Of a stretch of 47,442 bases of DNA, positions 10,021-20,500 are shown in pieces (within the stretch, counting starts at the first letter, position 1; the number at the start of each line of letters is the position of its first letter). Position numbers and translations under genes: made by a program. Source of the stretch: a virus. Its lineage: Duplodnaviria > Caudoviricetes. The stretch lies in IMG/VR virus record IMGVR_UViG_3300035232_000808, positions 1-47,442 of that record; one strand, 5' to 3'. The notes under the pieces are model-generated. The model made no database searches, was not told where the DNA came from, and saw only the letters and a list, made by a program, of their open reading frames with translations.

Positions 10021-13000
10021 ATGGCAGAGTTTAAGTTAGATAGGTTTAAGTATAACTGGCGCGGTGACTGGGTAGCTGGTACTGAATATACTAGAGATGA
10101 CATTGTACGATTAAATGGACGTAGTTATGTTTGTATTAAATCACATATTGGTAGTGCAGTATTTGCAAGCGATTTAGAAGCAATACTTCCAGATTCAAAT
10201 CCACCACAACCAGAGCCTAGATGGACTGTAATGACAGCGTCTAAGTATTTTTATGGCGCATGGGCAACTAACATTGCATATAACATTGGTGATGTTGTAT
10301 TGTTTGGCGGCACACTTTGGGAATGTGAAAAGAGTCATATATCAGCGGCATTTGAAGATAATGACGAAAAATGGAAAATATTTGCAAGACATATATCATT
10401 CCAGCAAGACTGGGCATCAGGACAAAATTATGGTTACGGTGCATTACTAAAATATAACGGTAATGTTTGGAAGTGTGTTAAACCACACACAAGTCAAACT
10501 TATTTAGAAGACGATCAAACTGCTTGGGAACTATTTCTTGATGGTATTGAATATAGAGGCAACTTTATTGATACAACAGAATATAGAAGAAATGACTTAG
10601 TACGTTATGGTGGTTCAATATTCCGTTGTACAGAAACACACATAAGTTTATCTACACTTGACGATACAAAATTTATGTTAGAGTTTCCAGGTAACCAGTT
10701 TAGTGGAGTTTGGGGAGATACTGTAGCATACAATCAAGGTGACATTGTACAGTACGGCGGCTTTTTATGGTATGCAGAGAAAAACAGTTTAGATCAAAAC
10801 CCTTCAAACTTTGAAGACAGTACAGCATACTGGTCTATTATTGCTAAAACTACATCCTTTGTAGGGCAATGGGAACAAGATGGATTATATAAGCCTGGCG
10901 AAATTGTACAGCGTGGCGGTAACTTACTTATGGCCAAAGACGATGTCGGTGGCTCAAGAGGCGATGACAGTGCAAAAGATTACTTAGACAACTCATTATG
11001 GGAAATGGTTGTATCAGGCAAGAACAACAGAAGTAGTTGGATACCAAATACTTTATACAGTCAAAATGACGTTGTAAACTACTTAGGTACATCATGGACT
11101 TGTACTGAAGAACATATGTCAGAGCCTAATAACTATCCAGGAGATAATGGTTCTGGTTATGATTATTGGGACGTACTTATTCAAGCAGGGCTTGAAGGCG
11201 GACTTAGAGCTAAAGGTGACTTACTAACATACGGATTAAAAGACCAATTAACTAAAGGTGACGGTAGTACGTTTGGCGATACTGCAATACCAGTTGGTAC
11301 TAGTACTGACTATCTAAGTATAAATTCTGACAACGAAGTATTTTGGAGAACACTGTCGGGCGACACTGATACATTATATGTTGCAGAAAACGGAATTGAT
11401 GATCCGGGCAGAGGCACTGATCCACTAAAACCATTTAGAACTGTACGTTATGCTTGTGAATATATTGAAGATAATTTAGATGGCTTACTAGCAAGAGTGC
11501 AAGTTGCAACAGGAACATATAACGAGTCAGGACCAATTATTATTCCTGCAAAAACTGTTGTTATGGGTGATGAACTACGTGCAACTGTTATTGCGGCAAC
11601 CGGGCCAGATGAACGTTATACAGGCGACATTGAATATGCAAGAGATTACTTATTGCGTACTAAACAATGGTTAGAAATGATACTAGTTAACACTTCTATT
11701 GAAGATGAAATTTCTGAAGGTAATACACTATCACAAGTTACTAACTTACCTCCCTCAGGAACAACAGCAATTAACCAAGTTAATCAATTAGTTGATAACT
11801 GGCAGAACTATGTAGAATATCTAGTAGACGGCGGCGAAATTGTTGTTGACGTAACAGGCAGTAATACACTAGCAACAGCGTCACAAATGATAAATGCGGC
11901 AGCAATATTAACTGCAAACAAAGAATTTATAGCATGTCAAGTTGCTTATTATATTGTTAATAGATATCCTAATGAAACATTTAGTGTTAATAGAATAAAA
12001 AATGATGTTAGAAGTTTAATTAGAGGTATAACTAGAGACATTTCATATTCAGGAAATTACGCAACAGTACAGTCAGCTAGAAGATATGTAGGCTATGTAA
12101 ATGGTTCACAGCTAACAGACTTATTTTATTGCAGAGATACTACTGGTTTAAGACAAATGACTATATCAGGCTTACTAGGCGGATTAAACCCTCCAGGTGT
12201 ATTTGACTTATATCAAAGACCAACTGGCGGCGCATGTGTTAGTCTTGATCCAGGCTGGGGTCCAGATGATGAACGTACTTGGATTAAAAATAGATCACCA
12301 TACATTCAAGGTGTAACAAATATTGGTTCACGTTGCGTAGGTATGAAAGTAGACGGTGCGTTACACAACGGTGGTAACAAGTCTATGACAGCAAACGACT
12401 TTACACAAGTATTAAGTGATGGTATTGGTGCATGGATTGCAAATAATGCTAGAGCAGAACTTGTGTCAGTGTTTACATATTATAACCAAGTTGGATACTT
12501 AGCAGAAAACGGCGGCGTAATGAGAGCTACAAACGGTAACAACTCATATGGTAGCTTTGGTAGTGTTGCTGATGGTAACGATCCAAATGAAGTTCCAGAA
12601 CCAGTATTAGTAAATAACAGAAAAAATGATGCATTAGTTTCAGAAGCATTTGCAGGCGGCTCGTCAGATTCGCTTTTTGTTTACGAGTTTACAAACACTG
12701 GCGCAACTTATACTAATGCAACTAGTACTATTATTGGTGCAGGTGATGATGCTCAAGTAGAATTTACAGATTTTAGATCTAAAGCATTGTCTGAAGCAAG
12801 ACTTATAAACACTAAAGGATCAGGATCAGAAGGCGGTGCTGGATACTTAGTTAGACAAGGTAGTGCGCAGATTACAGTTGATGCAACAAGTACAATAAGA
12901 TTATCAGCAACAGATCCAACACAGTTTTTATCAGAAATTGTTGGTATGAGACTTATTATTACTTCAGGTACAGGATCTGGACAGTACGGTTATATTACAA

Positions 13001-15528
13001 ACTTTGATGCTGTAACTAGAGATGTTACAATAGCTAAAGATTCAGATGGTACATTAGGATGGGATCATATCCTTCCTGGAACACCAGCAGTGGCAGCATT
13101 TGACTCAACAGCTAGATATAGAATTGAACCTAGAGTTGAAACTACTGAACCAGAATACTTAGTATTCCCTGCTACACTACAAGCAGATACAGAATATCAA
13201 GATATTATTTTTAGTGGTACACGAAACATTTTTAATAACGTTGCAGTAGGTACAGGAACAGGAAATACATTTGATGATGATCCTGCACAAGCAACATTTA
13301 ACATAACAAGAGTTGATAGAGATTATGAACTTGTGTTAAGTTTACCAGGCAGAGGTTATGCAGTTGGTGACCAGTTTGTTATAGCAGGTACTGATTTAGA
13401 CGGAGCATCACCAGATAACGATCTTGCAATTACAATTACTGAAGTATCAGATGATAGTTCCTCAAGTATTGTTGATTACGAATTCCAAGGTCGCGGACGT
13501 AAAGGTCGTTGGATGACTATTGCTAACCCTAACGTAGCTTCTTATAGTGATGACGGTATTAACTTTACACAAGAATTATTAGGGTTTGAAGGAATTTGGG
13601 AAACTATTGTTGCAGGTGATGATAGATTTGTTGCTGTTGCTAGAAATGATAATAGAATAGCATTTACCTTTACAGGAGAATCTTGGACAACTAGAGCGTT
13701 GCCAATGACTGAAGACTGGATTGACGGAGCATATGGTAACGGTAAATTTGTTATTGTATCGCAAAGCTCAAATAATGTAGCATATAGTGAAGACGGTTTA
13801 ACATGGTCGGCAACAGATATTCCGGATCAAGGATCAGGTGACTCTTCAACAATTAAATGGGATAAAGTTACATATGGTAACGGTAAATTTGTTGCTGTAT
13901 CAAGTAACTTTACTGATGCGGCATACTCTACAGATGGTGTTAATTGGACTCGTGTAGAACAAGCATTAGATCAAAATACAAACTGGGATATTGTTGCTTT
14001 AGAATACGGCAATAATAGATTCCTTGTACTATCAAGTAATGGATTTATTACATATAGCTTTGATGCTATAACATGGTATTTAGGAGATAGAATTTTCCCA
14101 GAAGGATTAAGTACTCAAGACAATGCATTTAACTTTACAAAATTAAGATTTAGTCAAGGTGTATTTGCGGCAATAGGTATACAAGAAATATATGAACCTA
14201 ATATCGATGGCTTTGTAGAACAAGAGATAGACTATTACTTTACTAGTGAATACGGTACTTCATGGACAGTTAGAAACTTAGCTAATGCTGGTAAATGGAG
14301 AGCAATGGCAGGTACAGGCGTTGATACAGAAGACAGACCATTATGGCAGTTCTTAGCAAACACAGCGTCAAATGGTAGACAGAAAGTATACTTAGGTAAG
14401 AAGGCATTCCTAAGAGCAGATGTGTTCCAAGGAACATTTAGATCTATGAAAATATGGGATCCAGGTAGTGGTTACACAGGCGATATGACTATTACTGTTA
14501 CAGATACTCAGTTTACAACTGAAGTAGAATTTGAACAAAGATTTAATATTGGTGTGTTAGCACAACCTGACTTTGTAAATAGAGGTGCAGGTTATAGAAC
14601 ATCAACATCTACTATTACTATAACAGGTAACGGTTATGCTGAAATTACACCAGACGATAATACACTAACATTAGACGGCATTGGAATAATTCCAGGACCT
14701 GGTGTACAAATTAGAATTAACGGAATCTTTGATACAGAAACTGACGACCCAGATGATTTAAAATTATTTGTTGGAGTTACAGCAATTGACTTAGGCGATG
14801 ACGGTTCAGGTAACAATACAAGAACTGTAAGATTTTCAGTTAATCCTAGATTAAGAAATGAAAATAATTTAGCACACAACACAGGTGCAACAGTAAGAAG
14901 AAACTATTCACAGTGTCGTATTTCAGGACATGACTTCCTAGATATTGGTACAGGAAACTTTGAAGAAACAAACTACCCTGCATTATATGCTGGTGGTGCA
15001 TACTTTACAAGTGCTCCTGAAAACGAAGTACAAGAACTAAATGGTGGTAGAGTGTTCTACGTATCAACAGACCAAGATGGTAACTTTAGAGCAGGTGAAT
15101 TATTTGCTGTTGAACAGGCAACAGGTATTGTTACTATTAGTGCGCAGTTCTTTGACTTAGACGGTTTAAGTGAACTAGCACTTGGTGGTGTTAGACTTGG
15201 TGGTTCAGGTGCTGTTGTTAGAGAGTTTAGTACAGATCCAACGTTCTCAGAAGACAGTAACAACGTTGTTCCAACACAAAAAGCTATTGCAACATTCTTA
15301 GCAGATAGACTATCAGTTGGTGGTGAGAACTTAGAAACAAACGCATTTGTAGCAGGTCGAGTTAGAGTTGGTACAGACAAGAATGAATTAAATATGACTG
15401 ATGATAGTTACTTGAACTTTAATGTTCCTGTAGTGTTTGATGGTACAGATCTAACTGGAAGAGAAATTGGTATAGACGGTACAATAATTAGTCAAATGAT
15501 GTTTATGAGAAATATACTAGAGCAATAA
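10021..15528 (+). CDS. Giant multidomain virion protein: 7 CBM5/12-like Trp repeats, beta-helix core, one helical insert, BNR-like propeller
   Basis: 1835 aa with SD AAGGA. N-terminal WxxxxxYxxxDxVxxxGxxYxCxxxH repeats, YVAENG/ATGTYxE/GDELR motifs, YSxDGxxW propeller repeats at ~13500-14400, and a C-terminal STDQDGNFR motif. Confidence 0.85.
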   Translation: MAEFKLDRFKYNWRGDWVAGTEYTRDDIVRLNGRSYVCIKSHIGSAVFASDLEAILPDSNPPQPEPRWTVMTASKYFYGAWATNIAYNIGDVVLFGGTLWECEKSHISAAFEDNDEKWKIFARHISFQQDWASGQNYGYGALLKYNGNVWKCVKPHTSQTYLEDDQTAWELFLDGIEYRGNFIDTTEYRRNDLVRYGGSIFRCTETHISLSTLDDTKFMLEFPGNQFSGVWGDTVAYNQGDIVQYGGFLWYAEKNSLDQNPSNFEDSTAYWSIIAKTTSFVGQWEQDGLYKPGEIVQRGGNLLMAKDDVGGSRGDDSAKDYLDNSLWEMVVSGKNNRSSWIPNTLYSQNDVVNYLGTSWTCTEEHMSEPNNYPGDNGSGYDYWDVLIQAGLEGGLRAKGDLLTYGLKDQLTKGDGSTFGDTAIPVGTSTDYLSINSDNEVFWRTLSGDTDTLYVAENGIDDPGRGTDPLKPFRTVRYACEYIEDNLDGLLARVQVATGTYNESGPIIIPAKTVVMGDELRATVIAATGPDERYTGDIEYARDYLLRTKQWLEMILVNTSIEDEISEGNTLSQVTNLPPSGTTAINQVNQLVDNWQNYVEYLVDGGEIVVDVTGSNTLATASQMINAAAILTANKEFIACQVAYYIVNRYPNETFSVNRIKNDVRSLIRGITRDISYSGNYATVQSARRYVGYVNGSQLTDLFYCRDTTGLRQMTISGLLGGLNPPGVFDLYQRPTGGACVSLDPGWGPDDERTWIKNRSPYIQGVTNIGSRCVGMKVDGALHNGGNKSMTANDFTQVLSDGIGAWIANNARAELVSVFTYYNQVGYLAENGGVMRATNGNNSYGSFGSVADGNDPNEVPEPVLVNNRKNDALVSEAFAGGSSDSLFVYEFTNTGATYTNATSTIIGAGDDAQVEFTDFRSKALSEARLINTKGSGSEGGAGYLVRQGSAQITVDATSTIRLSATDPTQFLSEIVGMRLIITSGTGSGQYGYITNFDAVTRDVTIAKDSDGTLGWDHILPGTPAVAAFDSTARYRIEPRVETTEPEYLVFPATLQADTEYQDIIFSGTRNIFNNVAVGTGTGNTFDDDPAQATFNITRVDRDYELVLSLPGRGYAVGDQFVIAGTDLDGASPDNDLAITITEVSDDSSSSIVDYEFQGRGRKGRWMTIANPNVASYSDDGINFTQELLGFEGIWETIVAGDDRFVAVARNDNRIAFTFTGESWTTRALPMTEDWIDGAYGNGKFVIVSQSSNNVAYSEDGLTWSATDIPDQGSGDSSTIKWDKVTYGNGKFVAVSSNFTDAAYSTDGVNWTRVEQALDQNTNWDIVALEYGNNRFLVLSSNGFITYSFDAITWYLGDRIFPEGLSTQDNAFNFTKLRFSQGVFAAIGIQEIYEPNIDGFVEQEIDYYFTSEYGTSWTVRNLANAGKWRAMAGTGVDTEDRPLWQFLANTASNGRQKVYLGKKAFLRADVFQGTFRSMKIWDPGSGYTGDMTITVTDTQFTTEVEFEQRFNIGVLAQPDFVNRGAGYRTSTSTITITGNGYAEITPDDNTLTLDGIGIIPGPGVQIRINGIFDTETDDPDDLKLFVGVTAIDLGDDGSGNNTRTVRFSVNPRLRNENNLAHNTGATVRRNYSQCRISGHDFLDIGTGNFEETNYPALYAGGAYFTSAPENEVQELNGGRVFYVSTDQDGNFRAGELFAVEQATGIVTISAQFFDLDGLSELALGGVRLGGSGAVVREFSTDPTFSEDSNNVVPTQKAIATFLADRLSVGGENLETNAFVAGRVRVGTDKNELNMTDDSYLNFNVPVVFDGTDLTGREIGIDGTIISQMMFMRNILEQ

Positions 15529-15556
15529 TGAATTATAAGACAGTATTTAATATAAT

Positions 15557-15564
15557 GCTAAATA
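15557..15564 (+). promoter_or_regulatory. Possible late promoter variant (GCTAAATA)
   Basis: TAAATA core in the intergenic gap upstream of SD GGAG and ATG 15585. Confidence 0.4.
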
Positions 15565-15584
15565 CAATATAACGGAGCAATAAG

Positions 15585-17552
15585 ATGGCAGAATTTAAGT
15601 TAGGTAGAATTAGGTTTGTTTGGAAAAACGACTGGGCTACCGACACAGTTTATTATAAAGACGATGTAGTCGCATATGGCGGTAAAATTTATATTACCGT
15701 AATTGGACACACATCCGCGGCAGACTTCTTTACTGATTTAGATTTAGTGCCATCCAAATGGAATTTAATAAGCGATGGCCAAACTTGGAAAGGCGACTGG
15801 GTTCCACAAGAAAGATATGTTCCAAACGATATTGTACGCTACGGACCAAGACTTTACATATGCCAAAACGTTCATACAAGTGCGCAAGACAGTACAATTG
15901 GTCTTGAATCAGATTTAGTAAACTGGGAACTATTTGCAGACGGATTAGAATTTAAAGGTGATTGGACAGCAGTCACAAATTATAGAATTAATGACACAGT
16001 TAAGTATGGTGGTGCAACATATGTATGTACAGACGACCATACATCATCAGCAACAGACACACTTGGACTTGAAGCAGATCAAGATAAGTGGGCATTATTA
16101 AATCAAGGCTTTGATTGGAAACAAGATTGGGTTGCTGCCACAAGATATAAAAAGAATGATGTTGTAAAATTTGGTGGTACACTTTGGATAGCAACAGTAT
16201 ATCATACAGCTAGTGGTACATTTGGATTAGATTCTGCAAACTGGGAAAAGTTTGTTGAAGGTATTCAATATGAAGATAGATGGCTACCAAATTCATTTTA
16301 CCAACCAGGCGATATTGTACGCTATGGTGGTAATCAATATATTGCAAAAACAGATAACAATGCAAGTAAACCAACTACTACAGCAGACTGGGACTTGTTT
16401 AGTTCAGGATTTAGATTCTTAGGTGACTGGAATGATGATTCAGCACTTGAAGTTTACGAGCCAGGTGATGTTGTTCGCTTAGGTGGGTATACTTATAGAT
16501 GTACAGTAGAACACAGTAACCAACAACCGCCAGACACTGATTATTGGGATAGAATGAACAGTGGCTTTGAATGGCGCAGTGAATGGATGGACGATAAAGA
16601 ATATTACTTAGGTGATATTGTACGTTACGGTGATAACTCATACGTTTGTATTAAAGGACATATTTCAGAAGGCGACGACTATAGCTCACTAAGCTCAGGC
16701 GCTGAAGGATCACGCCCAGACTTAGCAGATAGTGGACAATTTTGGTCAGTTATGGCAATTGGTAGTGAAGCAAGTGTGCTTACTACTAAAGGCGATATGG
16801 TTTACTATAGTGGAACAGCACCAACAAGATTACCAATTGGTCAAGATGGACAAATACTTACAGTAAGTAAAGAAGGCATTCCAAAGTGGGAATTCTTAGG
16901 TAATCAAAATGATGTTTACTATGTTGCAGAACATGGACAAGATATTGCAAGTCCAATTTACGGAAAGAATTGGGATAGACCATTTAAAACTATTCGTTAT
17001 GCAACACAACAAATTGACAAGGGCGCAAAAGTTCCAAAAGCAAAACACTTGCTAGAATTAAACAGACGCTTTATACAAAGAGAAATTACTGAGTGGACAA
17101 AATATCAAGTTGCTCAAGGTACAGCACCTTTTACAGTAAACTTTGACTTTGACACTAAAAAATGTGAAAGAGATATGGGCTTACTAGTAGATGCATTTGT
17201 TTGGGATATTACACACGGTGGTAATGAAAGAACTAGAGAAGCGGCACTTGCATACATTAATGAAACTGTTGGGTCACCGTACTTAGAACAAAAAGCAGAA
17301 ACAGTAGCAAGTATTAATTATGGTATGGGTATTATACAAAATGTATTAGCACAAACAGCTCCTGCCGCAATTTATCAAACATTAAATGGTGACAATTCAA
17401 CTGCAATTGTTGAACAACACTTTATAACAGAATATGGAAATCAAGCAACAGTTGAGTACGAGGGCACAATATCAGGTGTATCAACAGGCGCAAGTGATTC
17501 ATCGCCAGCAGATGGAAGCGGCGGAAATAATGCATACGGAGGAGGCTACTAA
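15585..17552 (+). CDS. Virion protein, N-terminal part of a split paralog of 10021..15528 (7 CBM-like repeats plus a partial phycobiliprotein-like domain)
   Basis: Same MAEFKLxR start as 10021, 7 Trp repeats, YVAEHG...PFKTIRYA, then KKCERDMG. Confidence 0.85.
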   Translation: MAEFKLGRIRFVWKNDWATDTVYYKDDVVAYGGKIYITVIGHTSAADFFTDLDLVPSKWNLISDGQTWKGDWVPQERYVPNDIVRYGPRLYICQNVHTSAQDSTIGLESDLVNWELFADGLEFKGDWTAVTNYRINDTVKYGGATYVCTDDHTSSATDTLGLEADQDKWALLNQGFDWKQDWVAATRYKKNDVVKFGGTLWIATVYHTASGTFGLDSANWEKFVEGIQYEDRWLPNSFYQPGDIVRYGGNQYIAKTDNNASKPTTTADWDLFSSGFRFLGDWNDDSALEVYEPGDVVRLGGYTYRCTVEHSNQQPPDTDYWDRMNSGFEWRSEWMDDKEYYLGDIVRYGDNSYVCIKGHISEGDDYSSLSSGAEGSRPDLADSGQFWSVMAIGSEASVLTTKGDMVYYSGTAPTRLPIGQDGQILTVSKEGIPKWEFLGNQNDVYYVAEHGQDIASPIYGKNWDRPFKTIRYATQQIDKGAKVPKAKHLLELNRRFIQREITEWTKYQVAQGTAPFTVNFDFDTKKCERDMGLLVDAFVWDITHGGNERTREAALAYINETVGSPYLEQKAETVASINYGMGIIQNVLAQTAPAAIYQTLNGDNSTAIVEQHFITEYGNQATVEYEGTISGVSTGASDSSPADGSGGNNAYGGGY

Positions 17553-17554
17553 AG

Positions 17555-20500
17555 ATGGCTACAATAAATGACTCAATAACAGCTTTAGGAAAAATAGTTA
17601 CAGATGCTATTACAGCAGGTGACACAAGTACACTTCCGGAAAAAGCAGTAAGAACAACACTAGTTAGAGTTGCAACAGGATCGTACAAAGAAGTACTTCC
17701 AATTATGGTACCAGCAGAATGCTGTGTAATGGGCGACGAACTACGTGCAACTAACGTACAACCTAGAACAGTTTACAATTCTCCGGACTTGACTCCAAAA
17801 ACAGACTTTTGGTATTCATATGCTGGAATGAACAGAATGGAAAACATTATTGGTGATGTTGTTAGTGGTGTGGCAGTTACACCAACTACAGGCAACGCAC
17901 TAGACCAAAACCAAACATGGCCGTATACAGAAAATCCTCAAGCAAAAAATGCAACTATAGACTTAGCTAGAAATATTAAACGTAGATCAGATATTGGATT
18001 AGGACTAAAACACGAAGTGCGTAAAACACTTCCTCGTCCAGCAGATATGGGTACACCGGCAAACGGACATGCTAGAGATTTAATATGGAGAAACGTTGAG
18101 TTTTTAAAGAGTGAAGTTACATCATATCTAACAGCAGAATACGAAGACTTAGATTATAGTAGAACTAAATGTAAACAAGATGTTGGATTTATAATTGATG
18201 CACTAGCATACGATTTAACATATGGCGGTAATTGGCAAACACAAAATGCAGGCTTAGCATATTATAATGGTGCAAGTGGTACATTACAAATTGATAGTGA
18301 AGAATTAACTGCAACACTTGCAGTATACAACTATCTAAAAGGGTTAATGCAAACTGTACAAAGAAATATTACAGTTACACCAGTTTATCAAACTATTGAC
18401 GCCCAAATAACAGGCGAAGGTGGCGGTGCGTCACAGTCAACAACGATTGGAACATTAATAGATGACATGCTTGATATTGTACAAAACGGTCCAGGGCAAG
18501 CAAGTATTACTTACCCAGCACTAGTTGGTGTTGCCGCTGACAGACTTACAGCAAACACAAACGTACAAAATGGTCTTGCAAGTATACAAGAAACTACAAT
18601 TGACTTTATTGCTAAAAACTTTGGTAGCTTTAAATACGATGCAGGAAAATGTAGAAGAGATTTAAATTACATATTATCAGATATTTCATATGATATGGTG
18701 TTTAACACAAATTATAATGCAGTATACGATGGTATAGCTTATCAAAGAGCAAACAGTCAATACTTGTTGAGCGCACAAAAGAAAGAAACTATTGGTGCAA
18801 TTAGACATGCAAGAAATTTAATGGTTCCTAATATTGCAGACGCAACAGCTAAAGCAAGATTTGAATCAGGTATGAACGAAGTTGTTGATGTTCTAAGAAA
18901 TGGAACATTATCAGCAAGTGAACCAGGAGATGGCGTTGCAGATGCATTAGTATTTACAAATCCAACAGGCGGCGCGGCAGCTGATATTAATGCTAAGAAC
19001 TTACTAGTTGCAAACAGAGCCTTTATTCAAGCAGACGTTGTAGCATATATAGAAAATACTTATAACAGTCCTCCAGGATCATTTGTATATAGTTCATCTA
19101 AGTGTTCAAGAGATATGGGCTATATTGTTGATGCATTAACTTATGATGTACTTTATGGTACTAACATGGCGTCTGTGCGTACAGCACACTCATACTTTGT
19201 TAACGGTACTACACAAGTTTACGGACAAGAAGCTGAAACAGTAGCGGCTTATAACCATGCAAAATCAATTATGTCACAAATTGTACAAGAAGCAACAGTG
19301 ACAGCACAAGCAGGTAACGCAGAGTTACAAACTACTTTAGGAAATGCTTCAACAGCAGGTGTTGCAACAGAAATTGGTGGACTTATTGATATTATTTCAG
19401 ATGCGATTACAGCAGGAAATACAACTGGACTACCTACTATAGTTTACCCAACTATTACAGGCGAATCAGCGGCATTACAAACAGCACACGCGGCTGTTGC
19501 TACAAACCAAGCACAAAACATTGTTGATGTAATACAATACATTAGCGATACTTACAATGACTTTAACTACAATCATGCTAAATGTCAACGTGATTTAGGA
19601 TTACTAATTGATGCGGCAAGATATGATTGGATGTTAGGTACTGAATATGCTACAGTTATTGCGGCATACAGTTATCTACGTAGACCAAGTGCAAAAGTAA
19701 CAGGCGATCAAAAAGATGCTACACTAGCGGCAAACGAATATGCAAGAGGCAAATTCCAAGAGCTTGTTGACGGTGTATCAGTTACAGCTTCAGAAAGTTT
19801 AGAAAAATCCTGGGAATGGATACAAGATACTATTTGGGCAGGCAGTTCAGAAGGTGGCAACAGAGCAGTTGAAGATCAAGAAGTGTTTAATGCAATACGT
19901 ATGTTAGAATTAAACAAAAACTTTATTGCTGAAGAAGTTGTTGCATATGTAGAAGATTTCTTCCAAGCACAAGTTACAGCTACAATGGGTGCTAATCCAG
20001 GCGGAACATCAGACTTCCAAACTATTGCTGATACTAGCTGGTTAGAAATTGGTATGCCAGTAAGATATAGTATACAATCAGGCGATACAGAAACTGACTT
20101 ACAACAGAACATATCTATACAAGATGAAACATATTATGTTAGAGAAGTATTAAGTAATACAGATTTTAGAGTTGAAGACATTAATAATAACATTGCATCA
20201 TTTACAGAAACTTCAACTACATATACAATTAAGAAAGAATATGCATATAATCAAGCTACGTGTAAACGTGATGTTAGAGAATATGTAGATGCTATTAAGT
20301 GGGATTTACAATGGCCACAAGAGTTTGAAAGAAGTTATACTGATGGTGTAACACTTTATCGTCCAGGCGCTTACAAATCTAGAATGGCAGTTAGATATTA
20401 TGTAAACAGTGTGTTAGGATCACAAGAAGAAGATTTCTATTACATGCGTAATGGTACAGGACTACGTTTACAATCACTAGATGGATTAAACGGAGACCTA

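Noticed and set aside
17528-17557. Programmed frameshift or readthrough fusing 15585 and 17555
   Set aside because: The genes are in different frames, the shift window is only ~22 nt with no slippery heptamer, and the downstream gene has a good SD.
171-20410. Inteins or introns as the source of the in-frame insertions
   Set aside because: No C/S...HN splice motifs, no homing endonuclease signatures, and the reading frames are uninterrupted.
17040-20410. Bona fide cpc/apc/cpe phycobiliprotein genes
   Set aside because: The matches are internal repeats of giant structural proteins and lack the N-terminal X/Y helices, so no gene symbol is assigned.
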